Source: Spirochaetia bacterium
GTDB taxonomy: Bacteria; Spirochaetota; Spirochaetia; WTKD01; G963693115
Direction: 5' to 3'
NCBI GenBank assembly: GCA_965226055.1
Contig: CBDDCA010000006.1
Location: 608,001-672,000 of the forward strand
DNA: 64,000 bases
This document shows positions 30,439 through 40,700 of the stretch, piece after piece. Each line of letters begins with the position of its first letter. Positions within the stretch are counted from its first letter, which is position 1. The position numbers and the translations under genes are program-made. The notes under the pieces are model-generated. The model saw only the letters and a program-made list of their open reading frames with translations. It was not told where the DNA came from and did not search any database.

Positions 30439-31485
30439 TTACTCCTGTCCCTCAGTTTTATTTAACTGTAATAAAGGTAAAAGATTATCAAATGTACTAT
30501 CAATAAAGCGTGTATCAGCAGAAACATCCTTATTTGTAAGTATTTCTTCCATTGTTTCAAAATAGAGACGCTCTCGTGTAATGGCTGGGTTTACACGATA
30601 TTCCTCTAATACAGAATTAAATCGTGCTGTATCTCCCGTTGCCCTATTGATTCTTTCGGCTGCATATCCTCTCGCTTCTTGTATAATACCTTCAGCTTGT
30701 CCCTTTGCTTTAGGAATTACCTTGTTATACTCCTCGCGTCCCTCATTTATAAGCCTATTCATATCCTGTATTGCCTTATTCACGTCCTCAAAAGCATCTT
30801 GTACAGGCCCTTCTGGTGGCACAATATTCTGAAGCTGCACCGCTATAACATTAATCCCTAAATTATATGCTTCAAAAATATCATTAAGATTTACCAACGC
30901 TGTTTCTTCTATGACTGTTCGTGCATTTCCTAACACATCAGTAATATAATAGTCTCCTACCAATTCGTTCATTACTGAAATAGATATATCACGGATAGTA
31001 TCATTTTGTCGTTCCACATTGAAAAGCCATTGTCTTGGATCCGCTATACGATACTGTATTACCCATTCTACACTTACTATATTTAAGTCTCCTGTGAGCA
31101 TAGTAGATTCATTACTATAATCTCCTCTTGCTCTAAGAGACACAATATCAGCACGCTGTGTCCGAAATCCAAAGGTCATATTTTTAACTATCTTTGTTTG
31201 AACTTTATTGCTTTCTTCTATCCCAAAAGGAAGTATGAAACTTAATCCAGGTTCTAATGTTCGGTTATATTTTCCAAAGCGTAGCACTACTGATTGTTCA
31301 GTTTCATCTACCACTACAACACTTGTAACGATAGCAGCTATAAGAAGTAATAATAGAATAATACCTATTATCAGGCGTACCGAAACACGAAAAGAAATAG
31401 GCTGCCTATTTTGAGAGCTTTGTTCTGTACTCCCGTTCTGATTACTAGCAAAAAATTGCTCTTTAAGAGAATCAAATAATCCCAT
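30439..31485 (-). CDS. hflK: FtsH modulator HflK
   Basis: SPFH domain; MLTGDLNIV, VQDAFEDV, IPKAKG and TRERLY motifs. Confidence 0.93.
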   Translation of the reverse strand: MGLFDSLKEQFFASNQNGSTEQSSQNRQPISFRVSVRLIIGIILLLLLIAAIVTSVVVVDETEQSVVLRFGKYNRTLEPGLSFILPFGIEESNKVQTKIVKNMTFGFRTQRADIVSLRARGDYSNESTMLTGDLNIVSVEWVIQYRIADPRQWLFNVERQNDTIRDISISVMNELVGDYYITDVLGNARTVIEETALVNLNDIFEAYNLGINVIAVQLQNIVPPEGPVQDAFEDVNKAIQDMNRLINEGREEYNKVIPKAKGQAEGIIQEARGYAAERINRATGDTARFNSVLEEYRVNPAITRERLYFETMEEILTNKDVSADTRFIDSTFDNLLPLLQLNKTEGQE

Positions 31486-31560
31486 ACTTATATATTACAC
31501 CATTTATGTATTATTGTGTGGTATTTTTTATGTTTTAATAGAAAAAATAATGAGAAATAA

Positions 31561-31590
31561 AAAAGAAGGTCAATATTGACCCTCTTTTTT
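31561..31590. terminator. Intrinsic terminator of lipoprotein paralog 1
   Basis: AAAAGAAGGTCAATATTGACCCTCTTTTTT; near-identical copies at 35441 and 37707. Confidence 0.8.
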
Positions 31591-31597
31591 ATAATTA

Positions 31598-34500
31598 TTA
31601 TTGTATTCTTGGTAATTTACCATGATTAGGATTATTTACCTTTATTGCACCTTTGAACATATTATCAGATAAGAAACTGCTTTTTGATGTTCCAGCGGGC
31701 AATACTTTTCTACTTAATACCCAAGAAGATAAATTTTTATCAAAAGCCCCTGCATATCTAAACATATGTTCTGTATTTGTAACTTTACTTACATTCCATC
31801 CAGATATATCTTGATTAAACTTTAGTGCATTATCAAACATATAACCCATGCTAACAACATTGCTCGTATCCCAATTAGTTATATCTCCATTAAATGCCTT
31901 AGCATGGCTAAACATACCAGCCATATTCCATACATTACTAGTATTCCAGTGTGATACATCTCCATTAAAAGTACTTTTGCGAAAAAAGATCGTGCTCATA
32001 TCATAAATAGCAGATACATCTATCATATTGAGATTAGGGCTATTAGTATTTTGTCTACTAGAACTCATTTCTCTCTCTATAACATCTATCAGCTGAGATT
32101 TAGTTGTGGGTCTATAATACCTTCCATTGTTTACACTTGGAGATTTTCTTAATCCAGTTCGTATTTGTAATTCAGCATTTTTTGCTATATTTAATACTGG
32201 TACTGAGAATTCTATTGTTGCATATCGGTATGATCTTATTTTACTATCCCAAATATTAGATTTGTTTACTACCCCTTTTATGGTAAATGTATTGCTTGCT
32301 TTATCAAATGTTACTGTTAACCCTGTTTCTTTTTTAATCTTTTGAGAAATAGCACTGGAAAGTGTAAATGTTGTGGTTGGTATTACATCAGGATCATTGG
32401 TGCCTATTTTTATTTGTTCATCAACAGTTTCCCCAACAATATATTCCAATGAATATTCAAGTGAAGTATCAATTACAATATTTGGCATTTTAAAATCAAT
32501 TCGTTTTCCTACAGAAATTTTTGTTTTATCGGTAGAATTAACCGTTTGAATAAGGACTGCATAATATACATTATCCTCAACATTCGTAAATACATGTCTT
32601 CTAGTGTTAGCTGCTAGAGATACTGGGGTAGTTGCAGCTATTATATCTGATTCGTCTGGTAATTGTCCAAAACCACTCATTTTAGCAAGATAAATTTTAT
32701 ATTCTATTTGATCTTGAGTGAGTTGATCACCATCTGTATCTACATGTTCAGATGTTATTTGAGGAGATTGCCAAGTTATTTTAAGCCCTTGAGTTATCAT
32801 ATTATAGCGAATTGTACTTACTTCTGGTGGAATGAGCGTGGTGTTAGGGATGGAACATGCAGCCGTCCCTTTTTTTGATGTTGGCTGTTTATTTCTATTA
32901 TTCGCAATTCCAGAATTCATAAAATCAAAACTTAGAGAAATTGCAGTGTCAAGACTACATAATTCCCATGATGATACATCTTGATCAAATGCAGTAGCTT
33001 CAAAAAAGATCTTTGCTATACTGGTAACTCTACGAACATCCCAATTTGATATATCTTGATTAAAAGCTGATGCTTCTTTAAACATATTACTCATATTAGT
33101 AACATTACTGGTATTCCAATTTGATATATCTTGATTAAAGGCTGTTGCTCTTCCAAACATATTATTCATCGTAGAAACATTGCTGGTATCCCACTTAGAT
33201 ACATTTCCATTAAACTTTGATTCATCATATCCTAAGCCATCATTGAAAAATACACCATCCATCTTTCTTACAGCACTTGTATCTATTATATTGAGATCAG
33301 CCCTATGGTTGTATGTATCAGATCTTTGAGCCTGTGCCCTCAATTCTGCAGTTATAGCATTTATTAATGCTGTTTTATCAGCAGGAGCATATTTATATCC
33401 AATAGTAATATCAATAGAATTTTCCAATTCTCTTCCATCGCTAGCAGTAAATTTTATTGTATATGTAGTTGTACTTGCTACATATTTTGCTACTCCAGAT
33501 ATTGTTCCATCATCGGTATTAAACGATAATCCAGTTGATCTAGTCAAACTATCGGGATTTATAGAAAATGATCCTCCTGATACGATACTATCAGGAGTTA
33601 CTTCTGAAACAATAGATGCTATTGTAGTTTTGCCATATTCTCCTTGTGCTTGCGTAGTAAAAGAAGTAATGGCATTACTACTGCCTCGTTTCTTAAATAC
33701 TAAGCGAGGTCCCTGGAGTGTTGTTGCTTCTACTCTTAGTCCTGTAGAAACTCTTGTCGTATCTGTTGAGTTAACTGCTAATACTACTATCTCATAAGTA
33801 GTATTAGTAGTAATATCGCTTATACTTGCGTTAAGTGTGTTTTTTGGGATAGTTATTGGTGTTTTATCTGTAGCAATAATAGTATCTATTGTACGAACAT
33901 TTGATCCATCTTTTCTTACACGATATATCTTATACGATACATCTGATGTTGTGAGATTAGTCCCATCTCTTTTTTTGTGATCACTGGTAAGAGAAGGGGC
34001 TGTCCATGATATTGATATGCTATTATCAGTAGTACTTGTTCTAATATTGCTTACGTTAGATGGGGCAGTAGCTTCTGATCCTACTGTTGCCTCTATTCTT
34101 AGTCCTGTAGAAACTCTTGTTGTATCTGTTGAGTTAACAGCTTGTACCACTATCTCATAAATAGTATTAGCAGTGAGATCACTTATACTTGCGTTATATG
34201 TATTTTTTGGTACAGTTATTGGATTTTCATCTATAGCAATAATAGCATTTATTGTACGGACATTTGATTCATCTTTTTTTACTCGATACACTTTATACGA
34301 TACATCCGATGCTGTGAGATTAGTCCCATCTTTTTTCTTGTTATCACTGGTAAAAGAAGGAGCTGTCCATGATATTGATATGCTATTATCAGTAGTACTT
34401 GTTTTAATATTTCTTACATTAGATGGAGCAGTGGCTTTTGATCCTACTATTATACTACTTACTTGACTGTATGTTTTCTTTGTCGGATCATTTTTTATTG

Positions 34501-34975
34501 CTACTTCTACTACAAAATGATACCGTTTATCTTCTTCTATATTTTCTTGTGACTCATCATCTGTAGTAAGTCCTAACTTATCAAAATCAGAAATAGTATA
34601 CTTATTGCCAACAGGGGAAGGAAGCTCTACTTTTTTTCCACTACTTACTATTTCTTGTCTAGATGGAGCAGTATCTTTTTGCAATCCATATACAGTATAC
34701 ACAAGTTGATCATTGCTTGTTATTGCTTTGCCATCTTTATCTTTCATTCCTGTAAAGGTGTCTAATTGTTCAATTGTTAAACTTAGTTTCCCTTCAACTG
34801 ATGATTGGGCAGCTACAAATTTATCCTCTAATAAAGATTCTTTTGGCGGAACAGCTAAAGATGTAGTTCCTCCAGATGAGCTTAATTCATTTTCTTCACA
34901 ACTAAAAAAAAGTGAGCTAACCATAAATAGTAACAACATTAAAAATATTGGAATAACATTTTTTATCTTTTTCAT
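31598..34975 (-). CDS. Surface lipoprotein paralog 1: two 121-aa FN3-like repeats, Ig-like domains and two DUF285 regions
   Basis: Signal MKKIK...LFFSC; RBS AGGAG; DUF285 repeats FNQDISNWNTSNVTNM. Confidence 0.88.
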   Translation of the reverse strand: MKKIKNVIPIFLMLLLFMVSSLFFSCEENELSSSGGTTSLAVPPKESLLEDKFVAAQSSVEGKLSLTIEQLDTFTGMKDKDGKAITSNDQLVYTVYGLQKDTAPSRQEIVSSGKKVELPSPVGNKYTISDFDKLGLTTDDESQENIEEDKRYHFVVEVAIKNDPTKKTYSQVSSIIVGSKATAPSNVRNIKTSTTDNSISISWTAPSFTSDNKKKDGTNLTASDVSYKVYRVKKDESNVRTINAIIAIDENPITVPKNTYNASISDLTANTIYEIVVQAVNSTDTTRVSTGLRIEATVGSEATAPSNVSNIRTSTTDNSISISWTAPSLTSDHKKRDGTNLTTSDVSYKIYRVRKDGSNVRTIDTIIATDKTPITIPKNTLNASISDITTNTTYEIVVLAVNSTDTTRVSTGLRVEATTLQGPRLVFKKRGSSNAITSFTTQAQGEYGKTTIASIVSEVTPDSIVSGGSFSINPDSLTRSTGLSFNTDDGTISGVAKYVASTTTYTIKFTASDGRELENSIDITIGYKYAPADKTALINAITAELRAQAQRSDTYNHRADLNIIDTSAVRKMDGVFFNDGLGYDESKFNGNVSKWDTSNVSTMNNMFGRATAFNQDISNWNTSNVTNMSNMFKEASAFNQDISNWDVRRVTSIAKIFFEATAFDQDVSSWELCSLDTAISLSFDFMNSGIANNRNKQPTSKKGTAACSIPNTTLIPPEVSTIRYNMITQGLKITWQSPQITSEHVDTDGDQLTQDQIEYKIYLAKMSGFGQLPDESDIIAATTPVSLAANTRRHVFTNVEDNVYYAVLIQTVNSTDKTKISVGKRIDFKMPNIVIDTSLEYSLEYIVGETVDEQIKIGTNDPDVIPTTTFTLSSAISQKIKKETGLTVTFDKASNTFTIKGVVNKSNIWDSKIRSYRYATIEFSVPVLNIAKNAELQIRTGLRKSPSVNNGRYYRPTTKSQLIDVIEREMSSSRQNTNSPNLNMIDVSAIYDMSTIFFRKSTFNGDVSHWNTSNVWNMAGMFSHAKAFNGDITNWDTSNVVSMGYMFDNALKFNQDISGWNVSKVTNTEHMFRYAGAFDKNLSSWVLSRKVLPAGTSKSSFLSDNMFKGAIKVNNPNHGKLPRIQ

Positions 34976-35201
34976 AAAAATCTCCTTAGATATTACTGTA
35001 TCATGTATAATATTGTATTACTTTAGCCTAAAATATGTAATATAAATATTGCAAATTCAAGTGTTAAATGCAAAAAAAGAGCAAAAAAAACAGAAAAGAA
35101 CAATAAAACAAAAAAATGTGTCTTATAATTTTTAAAAGATATCCATTGTGAGTATACAAAAAATAACTTCATCATCTGATAGAAATAAATACTATTGAAA
35201 A

Positions 35202-35467
35202 AAGAAATATCCTATATCAATTCTCTTTATTGTAAGACATGCAAAGCAATCTTTTCAGTTTCAATTTTATCTTCCTCTGCTTGATAATTAAGATCAATCA
35301 TAGTCTGTTCATCAATGCTTTCTACATCTGATTACTAGCAAAAAATTGCTCTTTAAGAGAATCAAATAATCATATATTTCACCATTTATATTATTGTGTG
35401 GTATTTTTTATGTTTTAATATAAAAAATAATGAGAAATAAAAAAGAGGGTCAATACTGACCCTCTTT
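35202..35467. repeat. Tandem-duplication junction: copy of the 3' end of the osmoprotectant SBP gene (41941-42062) fused to a copy of the hflK 5' end, upstream region and terminator (31437-31587)
   Basis: 35202-35323 aligns ungapped to 41941-42062 (10 mismatches in 122 nt); 35327-35371 is identical to 31437-31481. Confidence 0.92.
35441..35467. terminator. Intrinsic terminator of lipoprotein paralog 2
   Basis: AAAAGAGGGTCA-atac-TGACCCTCTTT. Confidence 0.8.
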
Positions 35468-35496
35468 AATAGCAGTTATATCTATCGTATTAAGGT

Positions 35497-37644
35497 TTAT
35501 GGTATCTTAAAATCAATTCGCTTTCCTACGGAAACTTTTGTTTTATCGGTAGAATTAACCGTTTGAATAAGAACCGCATAATATGCATTATCCTCAACAT
35601 TCGTAAATACATATCTTTTAGTGTTAGCTACTAGAGATACTGGGGTAGTTGCGGCTATTATATCTGATTCGTCTGGTAATTGTCCAAAACCACTCATTTT
35701 AGCAAGATAAATTTTATATTCTATTTGATTTTGAGTGCGTGGATAACCATCTGGACCTACATATTCAGATGTTACTTGAGGAGATTGCCAAGTTATTTCA
35801 AGCCCCTGAGCTATCATATTATAGCGAATTGCACTTACTTCTGGTGGAATGAGCGTGGTGTTAGGAGTAGAACATACATCTGTCCCTTTTTTTGATGTTG
35901 GTTGTTTATTTTTATTATTCGCAATTCCAGAATTCATAAAATCAAAACTTGGAGAAATTGCAGTGTCAAGCCTACACAGTTTCCATGATGATATATCTTG
36001 ATCAAATGCAGTAGCTTCAAAAAAGATCATTGATATACGGGCAACTCTACGAACGTCCCAATTTGATATATCTTGATTAAAGGCTGATGCTTCTTTAAAC
36101 ATATTACCCATATTAGTAACATTACTGGTATTCCAATTTGATATATCTTGATTAAAGGCTGATGCTCCCCCAAACATATTATTCATTGTAGAAACATTGC
36201 TGGTATCCCACTTAGACACATTTCCATTAAACCTTGCTTCATCATATCCTAAGCCATCATTAAAAAATACACCATCCATCTTTCTTACAGCACTGGTATC
36301 TATTATATTGAGATCAGCTCTATGGTTGTATGTATCAGCTCCTTGTGCCTGTGCCCTCAATTCTGCAGTTATAGCATTTCTTAATGCTGTTTTACCAGCA
36401 GGAGCATACTTATATCCAATAGTAATATCAATAGAATTTTCCAATTCTCTTCCATCGCTAGCAGTAAATTTTATTGTATATGTAGTTGTACTTGCTACAT
36501 ACTTCGCTACTCCAGATATTGTTCCATCATCGGTATTAAACGATAATCCAGTTGAGCTAGTTAAGCTAGCAGGGCTAATAGCAAATGATCCTTCTGATAC
36601 GATACTATCAGGAGTTACTTCTGAAACAATAGGTGCTATTGTAGTTTTGCCATATTCTCCTTGTGCTTTCGTAGTAAAAGAAGTAATAGCATTGCTACTG
36701 CCTCGTGTTTTAAATACTAAGTGAGCTGCCCCTAGGATAGGGAGTGTTTTTGCCTGCACTCTTAGTCCTGTAGAAACTCTTGTTGTATCTGTTGAGTTAA
36801 CAGCTTGTACCACTATCTCATAAGTAGTATTAGCAGTGAGATCACTTATACTTACGTTAAGTGTATTTTTTGGTACAGTTATTGGGTTTTCATCTATAGC
36901 AATAATAGCATTTATTGTACGGACATTAGATACATCTTTTTTTACACGATATATCTTGTACGATACATCTAATGCTGTGAGATTAGTCCCATCTTTTTTC
37001 TTGTTATCACTGGTAAAAGAAGGAGCTGTCCATGATATTGATATGCTATTATCAGTAGTACTTGTTTTAATATTACTTACATTAGATGGAGCAGTAGCTT
37101 TTGATCCTACTATTATACTACTTACTTGACTGTATGTTTTCTTTGTCAGATCGCTTTTCATTGCTACTTCTACTACAAAATGATACCGTTTATCTTCTTC
37201 TATATTTTCTTGTGACTCATCATCTGTAGTGAGTCCTAATTTATCAAAATCAGAAATAGTATATTTATTGCCAGTAGGGGCAGGAAGCTCTACTTTTTTT
37301 CCACTACTTACTATTTCTTGTTTAGATGGAGTAGCATCTTCATCTTTTTGCAATCCGTATACAGTATACACCAGTTGATCATTGCTTGTTATTGCTTTGC
37401 CATCTTTATCTTTCATTCCTGTAAAGGTGTCTAATTGTTCAACTGTTAAACTTAGTTTCCCTTCAACTGATGATTGGGCAACTACAAATTTATCCTCTAA
37501 TAAAGATTCTTGTGGCAGAACAGCTAAAGATGAAGTTCCTCCAGATGAGCTTAATTTATTTTCTTCACAGCTTAAAAAAAGTGAGCTAACCATAAATAGT
37601 ACCAATGTTAAAAATATCGGTATAACATTTTTTATCTTTTTCAT
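35497..37644 (-). CDS. Surface lipoprotein paralog 2: one FN3-like repeat, one DUF285 region, no distal tip domain
   Basis: Near-identical to paralogs 1 and 3 up to RIDFKIP, then stop. Confidence 0.85.
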   Translation of the reverse strand: MKKIKNVIPIFLTLVLFMVSSLFLSCEENKLSSSGGTSSLAVLPQESLLEDKFVVAQSSVEGKLSLTVEQLDTFTGMKDKDGKAITSNDQLVYTVYGLQKDEDATPSKQEIVSSGKKVELPAPTGNKYTISDFDKLGLTTDDESQENIEEDKRYHFVVEVAMKSDLTKKTYSQVSSIIVGSKATAPSNVSNIKTSTTDNSISISWTAPSFTSDNKKKDGTNLTALDVSYKIYRVKKDVSNVRTINAIIAIDENPITVPKNTLNVSISDLTANTTYEIVVQAVNSTDTTRVSTGLRVQAKTLPILGAAHLVFKTRGSSNAITSFTTKAQGEYGKTTIAPIVSEVTPDSIVSEGSFAISPASLTSSTGLSFNTDDGTISGVAKYVASTTTYTIKFTASDGRELENSIDITIGYKYAPAGKTALRNAITAELRAQAQGADTYNHRADLNIIDTSAVRKMDGVFFNDGLGYDEARFNGNVSKWDTSNVSTMNNMFGGASAFNQDISNWNTSNVTNMGNMFKEASAFNQDISNWDVRRVARISMIFFEATAFDQDISSWKLCRLDTAISPSFDFMNSGIANNKNKQPTSKKGTDVCSTPNTTLIPPEVSAIRYNMIAQGLEITWQSPQVTSEYVGPDGYPRTQNQIEYKIYLAKMSGFGQLPDESDIIAATTPVSLVANTKRYVFTNVEDNAYYAVLIQTVNSTDKTKVSVGKRIDFKIP

Positions 37645-37706
37645 AAAAATCTCCTTAGTTCTTGTATAATATTTTACTACTTTTAGCCTAAAATATGTGA
37701 AATAAT

Positions 37707-37737
37707 AAAGAGGGTCAATATTGACCCTCTTTTTTTA
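37707..37737. terminator. Intrinsic terminator of lipoprotein paralog 3
   Basis: AAAGAGGGTCAATATTGACCCTCTTTTTTT. Confidence 0.8.
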
Positions 37738-37744
37738 ATACACC

Positions 37745-40700
37745 CTAATTTAATCTAGGCCATTTGCTTGGTTTATTTTCCAATGGACTACCCTTGAAAT
37801 CGGATTTTGTAACAGGACTACCAGGGCTTAGTGATTTTAATACCCAACCAGATAAATCTTGATTAAAATTATTTGCTTCTACAAACATATAGACCATTTT
37901 TTTAACTTTACCTACATCCCAATTAGAAATATCACCATTAAAATTTCTAGCTTGGTGAAACATACTATAAAAAGATGTTACATTAGAGGTATTCCAATTA
38001 CTAATATCTCCCTCAAATCTATGAATTCTAGTAGGTTGAAAATCTTTTTTATCATATTCAAACCTATATCCTACAACGGCACTAAATAAATAATCCATAT
38101 TAGTAATAGCACTTGTATCTATATGATTAAGATCTGGTTTATTATAACTATTATCTCGTCTTGCTTTTTGTTCTACTTCAGTTATATCTTTTATAAGATG
38201 ATATAATTCAGTGCTATTTTTAGGTCTAAGATAATCACTTTTTTGTCGTGTTTGTATAAAACCATTACTATTTACAAATTTAGCTCTTTTCAATCCTGTT
38301 CTTATGCGTAATTGAGAATTTTTTGTTATATTTAATGCTGGTACTGAGAATTCTATTGTTGCATATTGGTATGATCTTATGCTAGGATCCCAAATATTGG
38401 ATTTGTTTGCTCTCCCTTTTATGGTAAATGTATTGCTTGCTTTATCAAATGTTACTGTTAACCCTGTTTCTTTTTTAATCTTTTGAGAAATAGCACTGGA
38501 AAGTGTAAATGTTGTGGTTGGTATTATACCAACATTGGTACCTACTGTTATAGTTTTATTAACAGTTTCCCCAACAGTATATTCCAGTGTAGATGCAAGT
38601 GAGTTATCAATTACAATATTTGGTATCTTAAAATCAATTCGTTCTCCTATAGAAACTTTTGTTTTATCGGTAGAATTAACCGTTTGAATAAGAACTGCAT
38701 AATATGCATTTTCCTCAACATTGGCAAATACATATCTTTTAGTGTTAGCAGCTAGAGATATTGGTGTAGTTGCAGCTATTATATCTGATTCATCTGGTAA
38801 TTGCCCAAAACCACTCATTTTAGCAAGATAAATTTTATATTCTATTTGATCTTGAGTAAGTTGATCACCATCTGTATCTACATGTTCAGATGTTATTTGA
38901 GGAGATTGCCAAGTTATTTTAAGCCCTTGAGCCATCATATTTTGTCTAATTACACTGACTTCTGGTGGAATGAGCGTGGTGTTAGAGATGGAACATACAT
39001 CTGTCCCTTTTTTTGATGTTGGCTGTTTATTTCTATTATTCGCAATTCCAGAATTCATAAAATCAAAACTTGGAGCAATTGCAGTATCAAGACTACATAA
39101 TTCCCATGATGATACATCTTTATCAAATGCAGTAGCTTCAAAAAAGATCATTGCTATACTGGTAACTCTACGAACATCCCAATTTGATATATCTTGATTA
39201 AAAGCTGATGCTTCTTTAAACATATTACCCATATTAGTAACATTACTGGTATTCCAATTTGATATATCTTGATTAAAGGCTGTTGCTCTTCCAAACATAT
39301 TATTCATCGTAGAAACATTGCTGGTATCCCATTTAGATACATTTCCATTAAATTTTGATTCATCATACCCTAAGCCATCATTAAAAAATACACCATCCAT
39401 CTTTCTTACAGCGCTGGTATCTATTATATTGAGATCAGCCCTATGGTTGTATGTATCAGATCCTTGTGCCTGTGCCCTCAATTCTGCAGTTATAGCATTG
39501 ATTAATGCTGTTTTATTAGCAGGAGCATATTTATATCCAATAGTAATATCAATAGAATTTTCCAATTCTCTTCCATCGCTAGCAGTAAATTTTATTGTAT
39601 ATGTAGTTGTACTTACTACATATTTTGCTACTCCAAATATTGTTCCATCAGCGGTATTAAACGATAATCCAGTTGATCTAGTCAAACTATCGGGACTTAT
39701 AGAAAATGATCCTCCTGATACGATACTATCAGGAGTTACTTCTGAAAAAATAGGTGCTATTGTAGTTTTGCCATATTCTCCGTGTGCTTCCGTAGTAAAA
39801 GAAGTAATAGCATCGCTATTGCCTCGTTTCTTAAATACTAAGCGAGGTCCCTGGAGTGTTGTTGCCTCTACTCTTAGTCCTGTAGAAACTTTTGTTGTAT
39901 CTGTTGAGTTAACAGCTTGTACTACTATCTCATAAGTAGTATTAGCAGTGAGATCACTTATACTTGCGTTAAGTGTACTTGCGTTAAGTGTGTTTTTTTG
40001 TATAGTTATTGGGTTTTTATCTATAGCAATAATAGTATCTATTATACGGACATTTGATCCATTTTTTCTTACACGATATATCTTGTACGATACATCCGAT
40101 GTTGTGAGATTAGTCCCATCTCTTTTTTTGTGATCACTGGTAAGAGAAGGGGCTGTCCATGATATTGATATGCTATTATCAGTAGTACTTGTTCTAATAT
40201 TGCTTACGTTAGATGGGGCAGTAGCTTCTGATCCTATTGTTGCCTCTACTCTTAGTCCTGTAGAAACTCTTGTCGTGTCTGTTGAGTTAACAGCTTGTAC
40301 TACTATCTCATAAGTGGTATTAGCAGTGAGATCACTTATACTTGCTTTATATGTATTTTTTGGTACAGTTATTGGGTTTTCATCTATAGCAATGATAGTA
40401 TCTATTGTACGAACATTTGATCCATCTTTTCTTACACGATATATCTTATACGATACATCCGATGTTGTGAGATTAGTCCCATCTTTTTTCTTGTGATCAC
40501 TGGTAAGAGAGGGGGCTGTCCATGATATTGATATACTATTATCAATAATAGTTGTTTCAATATTACTTACGTTAGATGGGGCAGTAGCTTCTGATCCTAC
40601 CGTTGCCTCTACTCTTAGTCCTGTAGAAACTCTTGTTGTATCTGTTGAGTTAACAGCTTGTACCACTATCTCATAAATAGTATTAGCAGTGAGATCACTT

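Noticed and set aside
32980-33220. CRISPR-like periodic repeats (TTGATATATCTTGATTAAA every 75 bp)
   Set aside because: These are the 25-aa DUF285 coding repeats inside an ORF; the intervening sequences are homologous and there are no cas genes
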